From the NCBI GenBank assembly GCA_963816215.1, contig CAWFKB010000001.1, positions 54,298-118,297 on the forward strand: a stretch of 64,000 bases of DNA, read 5' to 3'. This document shows, one piece after another, positions 49,273-59,986 of the stretch. A program made the translations under genes and the position numbers. The notes below the pieces were generated by a model that was not told the origin of the DNA, did no database searches, and saw only the letters and a program-made list of their open reading frames with translations. The DNA comes from an uncultured Chloroflexia bacterium (GTDB lineage Bacteria; Chloroflexota; Limnocylindria; QHBO01). Positions within the stretch are counted from its first letter, which is position 1. Every line of letters begins with the position of its first letter.

Positions 49273-50898
49273 CTACATCGTGTCGGGCGCCGACACCCCG
49301 ACCAGGGCCAGGGCATTCGCCAGGACCTGCCGCGTGGCCCGCACCAGGCCGACCCGCGCCGCGGTGAGCGGCGCGTCATCGGTCAGGACCCGGCAGTCGC
49401 GATAGAACTGGTTGAAGAGGCTGGCTGCCTCCATGGCGTAGCGCGGGAGCTCGTGGGTCTCGCGCCGCGCCGCCGCGTCGGCGACGACCTCCGGCATGCG
49501 GAGGAGGTGACCGATGAGCGTCAGCTCGGCCGGATGGACGAGGCGAGAAGTAGCGTCGCCTGGGTCCTCAGCGATGTCCGCGACCGCCGGCTGGCGGAGG
49601 ATGGACGAGCAGCGGGCGTGGGCGTACTGGACGTAGTACACCGGGTTCTCGGCGGACTCCTGGCGGGCCAGCTCGGGGTTGAACTCGAGGTGCTGGTTCG
49701 CCGAGCGGAGCGTGAACAGGAAGCGGGTGGCATCGGGACCGACGTCGGCCACCAGCTCGTCGAGGGTCACGAAGGTGCCTTCGCGCTTGCTCATGGAGGC
49801 GCCGCCGGCCAGTGAGACGTGCTGGTAGATGATGAACTCGACCGCGTCCGGGTCGTGGCCGAGTCCCGCCGCCGCGCCCTTCCAGCGGGCGATGGCCCCG
49901 TGGTGATCGGGGCCCAGGATGTAGATGAGGTGGTCGAACCCGCGCTCGAACTTGTCGAGCAGATAGGCCGCGTCGGCCGCGAAGTAGGTGGGCTGCCCGT
50001 TAGAGCGGATGAGGACCCGGTCCTTGTCGTCTCCGAAGGTCGTGGACCGGAACCAGGTCGCACCCTCGTCCTCGTAGACGTGGCCGGCCGCCCGCAGCTG
50101 CTCCACCGCCGCGTTGACCTTCCCCGCGTCATGCAGCGCGCGCTCAGAGCTGTACACGTCCATGGCCATGTGCAGACTGGCCAGCGTGCGGCGGATGTCC
50201 TCGAGGACCCGGTTCCAGGCCCAATCCCCGATGGCCTCCAGCGGGTTGAGGCCACTCAGCACCTCGTCGGGCACCTCGGCCGCCAGGCGCGCGATGTACT
50301 CCCCCTTGTAGCCGCCTTCGCCCGACTGCCCGGTCCGCGCGAGATAGACCGATTGCCCGAAGTCGCGGATCTGGGTCCCGTAGTCGTTCACGTAGTACTC
50401 GCGCGTCACGGTCGCCCCGCTGGCCGCCAGCATGTTGGCCAGGGCGTCCCCGATGAACCCGCCCCGCCCGTTGCCCAGGTGCAGCGGCCCGGTGGGGTTG
50501 GCGCTGATGTACTCCACGTTGATGCGCTGGCCCGCGAGACCCGTTGACTGACCCCAGGCTCGACCGGCGGCGAGGATTACGGTTACCTGTCCCGCCAGCC
50601 AGTTCGGGTCCAGGCGCCAATTGATGAAGCCGGGGCGCTCGACCGTGGCAGGGCCGACGCCCAGTGGCGTGGCGAGATGGCGGACCAGGATCTCCGCGAT
50701 GGCCATCGGCGCCTGGCGGGCCAGCGGGGCGAGCTGCATGGCGGCGTTGGTGGCGTAGTCGCCGTGCTCCGGCCGGGCTGGCCGCTCCACGACCGGTTCT
50801 GGAAGCGATGTCCCTGTTGGATCGCTCAGCTCGCCCGATAGGATGGCCCGGTCCCGGGCCGCGAGGATCTCAGCCAAGAGTGTGTCGCGGATGGTCAC
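49273..50898 (-). CDS. argS: Arginine--tRNA ligase
   Basis: HGDYATN, SANPTGPLHLG, GDDKDRV, MSKR, NPVYYVQYAHAR. Confidence 0.97.
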   Translation of the reverse strand: MTIRDTLLAEILAARDRAILSGELSDPTGTSLPEPVVERPARPEHGDYATNAAMQLAPLARQAPMAIAEILVRHLATPLGVGPATVERPGFINWRLDPNWLAGQVTVILAAGRAWGQSTGLAGQRINVEYISANPTGPLHLGNGRGGFIGDALANMLAASGATVTREYYVNDYGTQIRDFGQSVYLARTGQSGEGGYKGEYIARLAAEVPDEVLSGLNPLEAIGDWAWNRVLEDIRRTLASLHMAMDVYSSERALHDAGKVNAAVEQLRAAGHVYEDEGATWFRSTTFGDDKDRVLIRSNGQPTYFAADAAYLLDKFERGFDHLIYILGPDHHGAIARWKGAAAGLGHDPDAVEFIIYQHVSLAGGASMSKREGTFVTLDELVADVGPDATRFLFTLRSANQHLEFNPELARQESAENPVYYVQYAHARCSSILRQPAVADIAEDPGDATSRLVHPAELTLIGHLLRMPEVVADAAARRETHELPRYAMEAASLFNQFYRDCRVLTDDAPLTAARVGLVRATRQVLANALALVGVSAPDTM

Positions 50899-52097
50899 GG
50901 CTGCTCGACCTTCGTCCCGGGCTGCGTGAAGCGATCGGCGAACTCGAGAACGCGGGATCGCCACCGAATCAATCCGCCAACCGCGAAGAGGGCAAGACCC
51001 GTGTGAATGCTGATCCACGCGGGCGCGAGGGTTCGATCAAGTTCCGACCCGATTGGGTGGAGGAGAAAGGAAAGTACGACGATGGGAATGGCAGCCAGAA
51101 ATGGCATGGCCCACCATCGCCGCGCCAGCAGAAGGCCTGCGATGCCTCCAATCAGGGCGCTGAGCACCAACGGTCGCGCGAGCAGGCCAACTGGCATGGT
51201 GCGGGTGAGCAGGCCGAGGTCCGCATTCAGGATCCAGCCGAGCGGGTTTTCGACGTCTGGCTTAGTGAAATGTCTCGTTGGAAGGTCCTGCAACAGGTCC
51301 CAGAAACTTGGGAAGCCCGCCACCGAGAAGAAGACGCTGACCGCCACGGCCGGGACAGCCGCGACGATCATGGCCGCCACGAATGGGCGCCACTCCGGTG
51401 CTCGGACGATGCCCGCCCCCAGAGCACACAGACCAAAGACCAGTGGCGTGAGGAGACCGATCGGCCGCGTCAGGCAGATGGCGAGGACCGCCATCCCGAC
51501 AACAGCAAGCCATACCAGTTTGCGTTGCTCAATCCACAGCGCGCCGGCCGTGAGTGCGACGGCCCACAGGCTGATGGCGAGTCCGTCAGGAGTGAGAATG
51601 ACGAGCCACCCGGTAAGCAATACGTTGAAGATTCCGAGGCCGGTGGCGATCACCGCGACGCGAAGCCCAGCAAGCATGAAGAGCCCCACGGACGTTGCGG
51701 CTACGAATAGCACGACGGCAAATGCGCTGACCGCCATCGGAGCCCCGGCGCCAAGTAGCGGATACGCGACCGCGACAAGCGCGGGATATGCCAGACGCAT
51801 GCGGTACAGGAGGCCCCATCGCTCGCGTTCGGGTGCGAGGTTGAAGTTCCAGGGCTCGCCGTCGAGTGCCTCCGTGACGTAGAGCACCCCCTCCGTCAAC
51901 CCGTAGCGAGCGTAGATTTCCCAGCTGAGTTCATCCTGTTCGTTGCCTCGAAGGCCCGCATATTCGAACGCGTACTTGTGGTAAACGAGCGAGTCCCAAC
52001 CTGCCCGTGGGCTGGTGCTCAGCCAAAGCATCACCCACACCAATGCTCCCACCGCAAGGCTGAAGATCAGCACGCGATTGATAGATGGGCTCCCCAT
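50895..52097 (-). CDS. Polytopic membrane protein, GT-C-like, visibly lower GC
   Basis: First loop GWDSLVY, YRMRLAYP, about 10 TM segments. Confidence 0.7.
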   Translation of the reverse strand: MGSPSINRVLIFSLAVGALVWVMLWLSTSPRAGWDSLVYHKYAFEYAGLRGNEQDELSWEIYARYGLTEGVLYVTEALDGEPWNFNLAPERERWGLLYRMRLAYPALVAVAYPLLGAGAPMAVSAFAVVLFVAATSVGLFMLAGLRVAVIATGLGIFNVLLTGWLVILTPDGLAISLWAVALTAGALWIEQRKLVWLAVVGMAVLAICLTRPIGLLTPLVFGLCALGAGIVRAPEWRPFVAAMIVAAVPAVAVSVFFSVAGFPSFWDLLQDLPTRHFTKPDVENPLGWILNADLGLLTRTMPVGLLARPLVLSALIGGIAGLLLARRWWAMPFLAAIPIVVLSFLLHPIGSELDRTLAPAWISIHTGLALFAVGGLIRWRSRVLEFADRFTQPGTKVEQP

Positions 52098-53012
52098 CTA
52101 GTGCTCGCGGGCCAGGCGCAGCTCGAGCGCCTGGTCGACGGAGAACTCGCGCAGCTCGAGCGCCTCAGCGGCCACCTCCAGGAGAGCGCCCGTCGGGGCC
52201 AGACCGATGAGCTCGGCATGGTCGATGTCGGTCCCGGCCTGGTGCGCCAGCCGGCGCACCTCGGCGACCACGCGAGGGATCCCGGTCTGCTCCCAGTCGA
52301 CCAGGTTCATGCTGACCTGGGCCAGCTGCCGCCCGTCGGGGACGGCAACGACCACGCCCATGGCCTGTACCGCGGGGAGGCCGCCGGACGATGCGCGAAT
52401 GCTCTCGGCGATGTGCTGCGCGATTTCGAGGTCCGAGGTCGCGAGGTTCAGGTTGAAGGCGATCAGCGGCTTGCGGGCACCCACCGCCACGGCGCCCCCC
52501 CGGGGATGCAGGCGCGACGGACCGAAGTCCGGCACGCGGTCCGGATCGGTAGCGATGTCCTCCTTCAGGCCCTCGTACTGGCCGCGCCTCACGTCGGCCA
52601 GCCGCCGTCGATCTGGGCGCAGGGCGGCCTCCGCATAGAGGTAGACCGGCAGCTGAAACGTTCGCGCCACCTGCTCCCCGAAGCGACGGGCGAGGTCCAC
52701 CACCTCGTCCATGGTCGTCTCGCCCAGGGGGACGAATGGGATGACGTCCACCGCCCCGATGCGCGGGTGGGCTCCGGTCTGCTGCTCCATGTCGATCAGC
52801 TCGAGCGCGCGGCCGACGGCGGCCATGGCCGCCCGGACGACCGGCTCCGGACCGCCGGCGAAGGTCACGACGCTCCGGTTGTGCGACTCGTCGCGGCTGG
52901 CGTCGAGCAGGCTCACCCCGTCAATCTGGCGAATGGCCCGCGTGATTTCCTCCAGCACCTCGGGCCGCCGGCCCTCGCTGAAGTTCGGCACACATTCGAT
53001 CAGTCGCGACAC
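52098..53012 (-). CDS. fctD: Glutamate formimidoyltransferase
   Basis: IECVPNFSEGR, HNRSV, HPRIGAVDVIPF, QVSMNL. Confidence 0.95.
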   Translation of the reverse strand: MSRLIECVPNFSEGRRPEVLEEITRAIRQIDGVSLLDASRDESHNRSVVTFAGGPEPVVRAAMAAVGRALELIDMEQQTGAHPRIGAVDVIPFVPLGETTMDEVVDLARRFGEQVARTFQLPVYLYAEAALRPDRRRLADVRRGQYEGLKEDIATDPDRVPDFGPSRLHPRGGAVAVGARKPLIAFNLNLATSDLEIAQHIAESIRASSGGLPAVQAMGVVVAVPDGRQLAQVSMNLVDWEQTGIPRVVAEVRRLAHQAGTDIDHAELIGLAPTGALLEVAAEALELREFSVDQALELRLAREH

Positions 53013-53039
53013 GGGCCGATCATAGGCGGGCGCTCCGGC

Positions 53040-54218
53040 TCAAGCCGATGCCGCTGCCACCTGCCGCGGGTCGTCTCGACCGATGGGATCGGGATTCACG
53101 CCGCGTGCCCGGGCCAGTCGTTCGGTGAGGAGCTGGAGCGGAATGACGCTGGCCAGCACGGCGGACACGGCCCGGGGTAGGCTCGGCTCCAGGGCGATCG
53201 ACTGCCATCCCGCCGCTGCTAGATCGCGACCCGATCCGCCACGGTCGTCGGCCGCGATGACCGCCGCCGGCATACCCAGCGCCGCGCCAGCGCGCAGGAC
53301 GACCAGCGTCCGCTCCTCGAGCGCGGCGCCGCGCTTCTCGCCATCGGTCAGGAACACGACCAGCCCGCTGCGCTCGTCGGCCGCCGCCAGGTGGCCATGG
53401 CGGAGCGTCTCCAGCTCGTGGGCCACCGCGGGGAGGTGGGTCCCCTCCTCGATCTTGAGTGCCAGCTCCCGGGCGGCCGCGAAGTCCACTCCCGACCCGA
53501 CCGTCACGAATCGCGTGACGTTGGCGAAGGTGGCCGCCGCGCGCTCGGCCGCAATCGGGTCGGCGGCTGCGGCCAGCTGACGCTCGAGGGCTGCGGGATC
53601 GGGCAGCGACCCGGTCAGCGCCCCAAGCAGGTCGGCGCCGGCCACGATGGGGGAGAGGTAGCCCACGGTATGGCACCACGACTGGTCCTGCTCCCCGGTG
53701 GACAGGACCTGGTCCGCCAGCGCGGCCCCGGGCGACCGTTCGCTGACCGTGATCAGGGCCGTCAGAGCGGCGACTCCGCGCGCGGCCGCCAAGGCTCCGT
53801 TCGTCGCCTCGGTGCCTCCCTCGTGGGAGACGGCGATGACGACACCGCCCCGTGGGACGCGGCCCGAAAGCTCGAACGCCTGGACGGCGCGGACGACACC
53901 ACGAACGCCCTGGGTGCCAAGGGTATCGGTCAGCAGGGCGGCAATGGCCATGGCCCCGTGCTGGCTCGTTCCACACCCGGTGACCGTGATCGGCGCGCCT
54001 TCCTGCGCCGCCGTACCGATGGCCTCGGCCAGCTCGGCCAGGGCGCTCTGTCCGGCGATCCGCGCGGCGATCCGCGCGGCGAGGGCGGGCTCGGCCGCGA
54101 TCATCTCGGTCATCAGGTACGGCGGCCCGCTCCGGATGGGCGGCATGTCCGAGCCTGCCCACGGGTCCGGTGCCCCCGGAAGCGGGGAACGCGGGTCGAA
54201 GGTTCGCGGTGCGTCCAC
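53040..54218 (-). CDS. Double SIS-domain phosphosugar-binding protein (GlmS-C/FrlB-like)
   Basis: TGCGTS, VSHEGGT, ELALKIEE, E..RHG, RGVNPD. Confidence 0.85.
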   Translation of the reverse strand: MDAPRTFDPRSPLPGAPDPWAGSDMPPIRSGPPYLMTEMIAAEPALAARIAARIAGQSALAELAEAIGTAAQEGAPITVTGCGTSQHGAMAIAALLTDTLGTQGVRGVVRAVQAFELSGRVPRGGVVIAVSHEGGTEATNGALAAARGVAALTALITVSERSPGAALADQVLSTGEQDQSWCHTVGYLSPIVAGADLLGALTGSLPDPAALERQLAAAADPIAAERAAATFANVTRFVTVGSGVDFAAARELALKIEEGTHLPAVAHELETLRHGHLAAADERSGLVVFLTDGEKRGAALEERTLVVLRAGAALGMPAAVIAADDRGGSGRDLAAAGWQSIALEPSLPRAVSAVLASVIPLQLLTERLARARGVNPDPIGRDDPRQVAAASA

Positions 54219-54276
54219 GCAACCGATCCTACGCGGCAAACGGTCATTCCGGCCGAGCCGCGCTACCATCGAGGTC

Positions 54277-54996
54277 ATGGATCTTCGACAGACAGTGATC
54301 GCCCTCGCGGCTGTCGGCACGGAACGCAACCGAGCGGTCGCCGCACGACATGGCGCCGGCGCGGACCAGTTCGGCGTTTCCTTCAAGGAGCTGCGGGCCA
54401 TGGCCCGGCGCATCGGTCCGGACCAGTCGCTCGCCCGCGGTCTGTGGGCGACCGGCAATACCGATGCCCGTCTCCTGGCCTGCATGGTGGCCGAGCCCGA
54501 CCGGATGGACGAGGCCGAGCTGGACGCGTGGTTGGGCGATATCAAGTACTACGTGCTCGTGGACGAGTTCGTGTCCAGTGTCGCCAGCCGCAAACCCGGC
54601 GTCCGTGCGCGGATGGAGCGCTGGACGTTCGCGGCCCGCGACTGGGTCGCCCAGGCCGGCTGGGACCTGGCCGCCGTCCTCGCCCTGCGCGATCCGGACC
54701 TTGGTGACCGATTCTTCCTCGACCTGCTGGCCAAGATCGAGCGCGAGATCGGCCAGGCCGGCAACCGGACCCGGCATGCCATGAACGGCGCCCTCATTGC
54801 CATCGGGCTGCGCAGCGAAGAGCTCCAGTCGGCCGCGGTGGCGGCCGCGGCCCGGATCGGTCCGGTCGTGGTGGACCACGGTCAGACCGGGTGCGTCACA
54901 CCGTCAGCCATTCCGTACATCGAAAAGGCCACCGCTCATCGGCAAGCCCACGAGGAGCGGCGGTTGGGCGGAGGCGTGGCGGTCGCGACCCGGTGA
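54277..54996 (+). CDS. DNA alkylation repair protein, AlkD-like HEAT family
   Basis: FGV..ELR.MARRI, LWATGN.DARLLA, VDHGQTGC.TP. Confidence 0.85.
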   Translation: MDLRQTVIALAAVGTERNRAVAARHGAGADQFGVSFKELRAMARRIGPDQSLARGLWATGNTDARLLACMVAEPDRMDEAELDAWLGDIKYYVLVDEFVSSVASRKPGVRARMERWTFAARDWVAQAGWDLAAVLALRDPDLGDRFFLDLLAKIEREIGQAGNRTRHAMNGALIAIGLRSEELQSAAVAAAARIGPVVVDHGQTGCVTPSAIPYIEKATAHRQAHEERRLGGGVAVATR

Positions 54997-56096
54997 GCGA
55001 GGCGGATCGGCCGGCGCTGGCCGGCTTCCAGCCCGAGCGCGTTGATGACCCCACCCTGATCAACCTCTTCGACTACGAGCGCGCGGCCGCCGAGCGGCTG
55101 GACCCGGGGCCGCTGGCCTACTACACCGGCGGCGCAAACGACGAGCGCACCCTGGCCGACAACCGGGCCGCCTTCGAGCGCTGGCGGATCGTGCCTCGCG
55201 TCCTGCGCGACGTCTCCCAGCTCGATCCAGGCGTCTCGATCCTCGGCCGGGAGTGGCGATGGCCCATCTGGATCGCGCCGACCGCGTTCCACCGCATGGC
55301 GCACCCCGACGGGGAGATGGCCACGGCCCGCGCCGCGGCGGCGCGCGGGATCACGATGACCCTGTCCACCTCGTCCAGCACCGATGTGACCGAGGTCGCG
55401 CAGGCTGGTGGCCCGCGCTGGTTCCAGGTCTACCTGCTGGCCGATCCCGGGGCGCGGCGGGCCCTGGTCGAGCGGGCGGTGGAGGCGGGCTACGAAGCGC
55501 TGGTCCTGACCGTGGATCTGCCACGGGTGGGACGGCGGGAACGCGACATCCGGGTGGGTTTCAGCGTCCCCGATGACGTGTCGGTTCCCAACATCGCGCT
55601 CGCGGCCGGTCTGCCGCTGGCCGAGGGGATGAATGCGTCCTTCGTCCAGTCCATGACCTGGGACGACGTCGAATGGCTGGCGGGCTTCGGGCTGCCGGTG
55701 ATCGTCAAGGGCGTCCTGCACCCCGATGACGCCCGCATGGCCGTGGACCATGGCGCCGCCGGGATCGGCGTCAGCAACCACGGCGGACGGCAGCTCGATG
55801 GAGCCATCGCCTCCCTGGACGCCCTCCCCGCCGTGGTCGAGGCGGTCGCAGGACGTGCCCCGGTCCTGATAGACGGCGGGGTACGTCGCGGCACGGACGT
55901 CCTGACCGCGCTCGCCCTGGGGGCGAGCGCAGTGGGCATCGGTCGACCCGTCCTTTGGGGCCTGGCCGTGAACGGCGAAGCCGGAGTGGGGCACGTGCTC
56001 GACCTGCTCACCGCCGAGCTCGAGCTGGCCATGGCCCTCAGCGGTGCGGCACGCCGGGCCGACCTGACCCCCGATCTCCTGGTATCCGCTCCCTAG
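54993..56096 (+). CDS. FMN-dependent alpha-hydroxy acid oxidase
   Basis: WFQVY, LTVD, IVKG, VSNHGGRQLD, DGGVRRGTD. Confidence 0.95.
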   Translation: MSEADRPALAGFQPERVDDPTLINLFDYERAAAERLDPGPLAYYTGGANDERTLADNRAAFERWRIVPRVLRDVSQLDPGVSILGREWRWPIWIAPTAFHRMAHPDGEMATARAAAARGITMTLSTSSSTDVTEVAQAGGPRWFQVYLLADPGARRALVERAVEAGYEALVLTVDLPRVGRRERDIRVGFSVPDDVSVPNIALAAGLPLAEGMNASFVQSMTWDDVEWLAGFGLPVIVKGVLHPDDARMAVDHGAAGIGVSNHGGRQLDGAIASLDALPAVVEAVAGRAPVLIDGGVRRGTDVLTALALGASAVGIGRPVLWGLAVNGEAGVGHVLDLLTAELELAMALSGAARRADLTPDLLVSAP

Positions 56097-56113
56097 GCGA
56101 ACTGCCGGCTCGT

Positions 56114-56671
56114 CTAGCGGTTGCTGTCCTCCATCGAGCCAGTCAGTGGCTGATTCGTGCCACTGACGTCCGGCCAGTAGAGCGCGCACAGGACCTCGCG
56201 GTCACCGCCGCCCCACGAATCCTCGGTGGGGGCCAGATAGTAGATGTACAGCTCGGAGTCCTCGTAGGCCAGGCCCACGAACGATTCGAACTGGGCGGTG
56301 CACTGCTCGTTCACGAAGTTGGTGACCGCCTCTGCGCCGGGGTACGACTCGAACGGTCCGGCGTCGTAGTCGACCGCGAAGTAGATCTCGTACTCGTGGC
56401 CGTTATCGCAGTCGGTGACCGCAACCTCTTCCACGGTCGCCTCGACGGCCGAGTTGAAGCAGTCGCCGTTATTCAGGTCGAACACCGAGGTCATGTCGCC
56501 CGGCGCGAGGCTGGCGGCCGCGCCGTCACTCTCCGCTGGTGCCTCGCTCGACTCCCCGCCCTGGCTGGCAGGCGGGTTGCTCTCTGCGGGTGAGCCGCTC
56601 GTGCTGGGCGAGGCGCAGGCCGCCACGAACAGCGCCAAAACAGCGATCAGGAAGGGGGAACGAAGCCTCAC
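56114..56671 (-). CDS. Septum_form-domain lipoprotein
   Basis: Lipobox VAAC, L..GDCF, DC..GHEYE, PTEDSW..GDREVLC; AAGGAG RBS. Confidence 0.85.
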   Translation of the reverse strand: MRLRSPFLIAVLALFVAACASPSTSGSPAESNPPASQGGESSEAPAESDGAAASLAPGDMTSVFDLNNGDCFNSAVEATVEEVAVTDCDNGHEYEIYFAVDYDAGPFESYPGAEAVTNFVNEQCTAQFESFVGLAYEDSELYIYYLAPTEDSWGGGDREVLCALYWPDVSGTNQPLTGSMEDSNR

Positions 56672-56830
56672 GACAGATCTCCTTGGGCGTGGGGAATGGT
56701 AATGGGCGTCAGAAACGATTCCAGATGAGTGGTGCAGGATGTCGGGCCGGATTATGGGCCAGCCATCCCCCATCGGTACCCCGACCCCGGGTCTGAGCCG
56801 TGAAAAACTCGGGACGACCGCGGGATCCAG

Positions 56831-58507
56831 CTAGGCGCCCGGATCCATGGGGATGCGCACGCCGCGCTCCCGGGCGACCTCGAGCGCGCGCTCGTAGCCC
56901 GCATCCGCGTGGCGGATCACGCCCATCCCCGGATCGGTGGTCAGGACCCGCTCCAGGCGGGCCGCCGCGGCATCGGTCCCATCGGCCACGACCACCATCC
57001 CGGCGTGGAGCGAGTACCCGATGCCCACGCCACCACCGTGGTGGACGCTGACCCAGGTCGCCCCGGCGGCCGTGTTCACGAGCGCGTTGAGCACCGGCCA
57101 GTCCGCAATCGCGTCCGATCCGTCGCGCATCCCCTCGGTCTCGCGGTACGGGCTGGCGACGCTCCCGGCGTCCAGGTGGTCCCGACCGATCACGATCGGG
57201 GCGGCCAGCTCCCCGCTGCGCACCATGTCGTTGATCCGCAGCCCGGCTTTGGCCCGCTCCCCGTAGCCCAGCCAGCAGATCCGGGCCGGCAGGCCCTGGA
57301 ACGGGACGCGCTCCTCGGCCAGGCGCAGCCATCGGTGCAGCGACGCGTCCTCGGGGAAGAGCTCGGCCAGGGCCGCATCGGTCTTCAGGATGTCATTCGC
57401 GTCGCCCGACAGGGCGGCCCACCGGAACGGGCCCTTCCCCTCGCAGAACAGCGGGCGGATGAAAGCCGGCACGAAGCCGGGGATGTCAAAGGCATCGGTT
57501 ACGCCCACCTCGGCCGCGAAGGCGCGGATGTTGTTGCCGTAGTCGAACACGACCGATCCGGCGGCCAGGAAGGCGAGCATGGCCTTCACGTGCTCACCGA
57601 TGGACGCCTTCGCGAGCCGGACGTACTCCTCCGGATCGCGCTCGCGGAGCGCGAGGGCCTCCGACAAACCGATGCCACCCGGCACGTAGCCGCCCAGCGG
57701 GTCGTGGGCGGATGTCTGGTCGGTCACGACATCGGGGTGCCAGCCGCGGCGCACGAGCTCGGGCTCCACGTCGGCGGCATTCGCGACCAGGGCGATGCTC
57801 CGCGCCACGCCGGCCGCGCGCCACGCGTCGACCTTGTTGACCGCCTCGTCCAGGTCGGTCGTCACCTCGTCCACGTACCCCACCGCGCGGCGTCGCTCGG
57901 CGCGGGCCGGGTCCACCTCGATGGCCAGCACCGCCCCTTCGTTCATCGTCACGGCCAGCGGCTGGGCGCCGCCCATCCCGCCCAGCCCCGCGGTCAGGGT
58001 CGCCGTCCCGCGCAGGGAGCCGCCGAACTGCTGGCGCGCCACCTCGGCGAACGTCTCGTACGTGCCCTGGATGATTCCCTGGGTCGCGATGTAGATCCAC
58101 GAGCCCGGCGGTCATCTGGCCGTACATCGTCAGCCCCGCCCGCTCGAGCTCGCGGAACGTTTCCCAGGTGGCCCAGTGGGGGACCAGCATGGCGTTGACG
58201 ATCAGGACCCGGGGCGCGTCAGGCGTGGTGCGGAAGACGCCGACCGGTTTGCCACTCTGGACGAGAAGCGTCTCGTCGTTCTCGAGGCGCCGGAGCTCGC
58301 GCACGATGGCGTCAAACGCTTCCCAGCTGCGTGCCGCCCGTCCGGTGCCGCCGTAGACGATCAGGTGGTCCGGATCCTCCGCCACGTCCGGATCGAGGTT
58401 GTTCATGAGCATCCGGAGCGCGGCTTCCTGGCCCCACCCCTTGCAGGAGAGCTCCGTCCCGCGCGGCGCGCGCACGGTCCGAGGTCCGGCGACGGAAGGC
58501 TGGTCAT
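56831..58507 (-). CDS. hutU: Urocanate hydratase; frameshift near 58105
   Basis: [42 protein letters not shown]. Confidence 0.95.
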
Positions 58508-59241
58508 GAGATGGCCGATAGAAGGAAGGCCAGGGCGAAGCCCAGGACGGTGACCAGCCCGGCCCAATCGCCGCTGTCCTCGTAGGCCTCGGGGATCATC
58601 GTGTCCACCAGCATCGTGAGCAGGCCGCCTGCGGCGAAGGCCTGGACGAAGGGGATGGCCGGTCCTGCCTCGTCGAGCAGCAGGAATGCCAGGGCTGACG
58701 CGAGACCGGACGCCACGACCACGATGACCCACAGCCGCATGATCCAGGCCGTGGGGTGGCCCTCCTTGCGCAGATCAGCCGATGCGGAGAATCCCTCCGG
58801 GACGTTGGAGAGCAGGACGGCGGCAAAGAACGCGGGGGACACCGCGCCGCCGGCGAGGATCATGGCCCCCAGCACGATCGACTCCGGGATGCCATCCAGG
58901 ACGGCACCCAGGACGATCGAGAGTCCCTGGCCCTGGGATGCGCGACGCACCGCTCGTGCGTGCGGGGCGCCGGCGCGGTGCTTCAGCCACCAGTTGCCGG
59001 CGGAGTAGGTGAACGCACCGGCGGTCAGGCCACCGGCCAGGATCCCGAAACCGCCGCTCGCGAAGGCGACCTCTGTCAGCTCGAAGGCCACCGAGCTGAT
59101 CAGTGCCCCGGCGCCGAAGGCCAGGGCGACGCCGATCCATGCCTTCGGGACCTGGGTGGCCACCCCGGCCACGGCCCCCAGGATGAGGGACGACGCGGCC
59201 AGGGCCGCCCAGCCGAATGCCCCGAGGGAAGCCTCGATCAT
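58504..59241 (-). CDS. ZIP family metal transporter
   Basis: AFGAGAL, LDGIPES, SNVPEG, TMIPEA. Confidence 0.88.
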   Translation of the reverse strand: MIEASLGAFGWAALAASSLILGAVAGVATQVPKAWIGVALAFGAGALISSVAFELTEVAFASGGFGILAGGLTAGAFTYSAGNWWLKHRAGAPHARAVRRASQGQGLSIVLGAVLDGIPESIVLGAMILAGGAVSPAFFAAVLLSNVPEGFSASADLRKEGHPTAWIMRLWVIVVVASGLASALAFLLLDEAGPAIPFVQAFAAGGLLTMLVDTMIPEAYEDSGDWAGLVTVLGFALAFLLSAIS

Positions 59242-59253
59242 CGGTTCAGCATC

Positions 59254-59982
59254 TCAATCGTCCCCGAACGGGTTGGGCCGGCTGGGCTTGGGTGGCAGGC
59301 GGAAGACGTCCTCTTCCTTCGGCCCGGTGGGCATGGGGAGGGGCCACGCGTCGCTGTCGTCCGGCCGGCGGGTCTTGCTCAACAGGTCGCCCCAGCCGAT
59401 GTCCGCTCCCGCCCCGGTCAGCTCGCGCCGGTAGACCGGGAACCGATCATCACCGGCCGCGCGCTCGAATCCGGCCTCCTGGTAGACGACGGCTGGTCCG
59501 CTGGGCGGGAGCCATGGATCGGGCGCCGGCTCGGGGTAGACCTCGATGGCCGTCACGCCCCGCCGGTCGAGCTCGGTGCACACGGCTTCCAAGAGCGCCT
59601 GACCGATGCCGGACCGATCCGGGGCACCGGCCGGGACCTGGAGGCAGGTGACGACCCATGGGGCAGGGGAGTCCGGCAGCTCGGGGTACCGATCGCGGAT
59701 GACCTGGGCCCGGGGATAAGCACTCAGCGGGCCGAACTGGGTGTACCCCACCGCTTCGCCGTCTGAGGTGGTAGCGATCATTCCGTACGAGCCGGCCAGC
59801 CTGGCGCCGGACATCAGGGCCGCTCGCTTCGTCTCGCGGCGGGCGGCCGTGTCGTCGCCGTCGCGGACGCCATCCAGCCGCTCCCAGTAGTCACAGGTCT
59901 GGCATCGCGCGCCCGGGCGGGCGGGCGCCGGGATGATCTCGATGCTCGCCTCGTCCACCAGGGTGAAGGCCAGGCCTGCCAT
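59254..59982 (-). CDS. GNAT family acetyltransferase with CxxC motif
   Basis: CQTCDYWE, VGYTQFGP, WVVTCL, RSGIGQALL, IEVYP. Confidence 0.8.
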   Translation of the reverse strand: MAGLAFTLVDEASIEIIPAPARPGARCQTCDYWERLDGVRDGDDTAARRETKRAALMSGARLAGSYGMIATTSDGEAVGYTQFGPLSAYPRAQVIRDRYPELPDSPAPWVVTCLQVPAGAPDRSGIGQALLEAVCTELDRRGVTAIEVYPEPAPDPWLPPSGPAVVYQEAGFERAAGDDRFPVYRRELTGAGADIGWGDLLSKTRRPDDSDAWPLPMPTGPKEEDVFRLPPKPSRPNPFGDD

Positions 59983-59986
59983 CGGT

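Noticed and set aside
56672-56830. Riboswitch in the roughly 75-nt leader of the Septum_form lipoprotein gene
   Set aside because: CATAAT and an RBS are visible, but no recognisable aptamer or convincing structure
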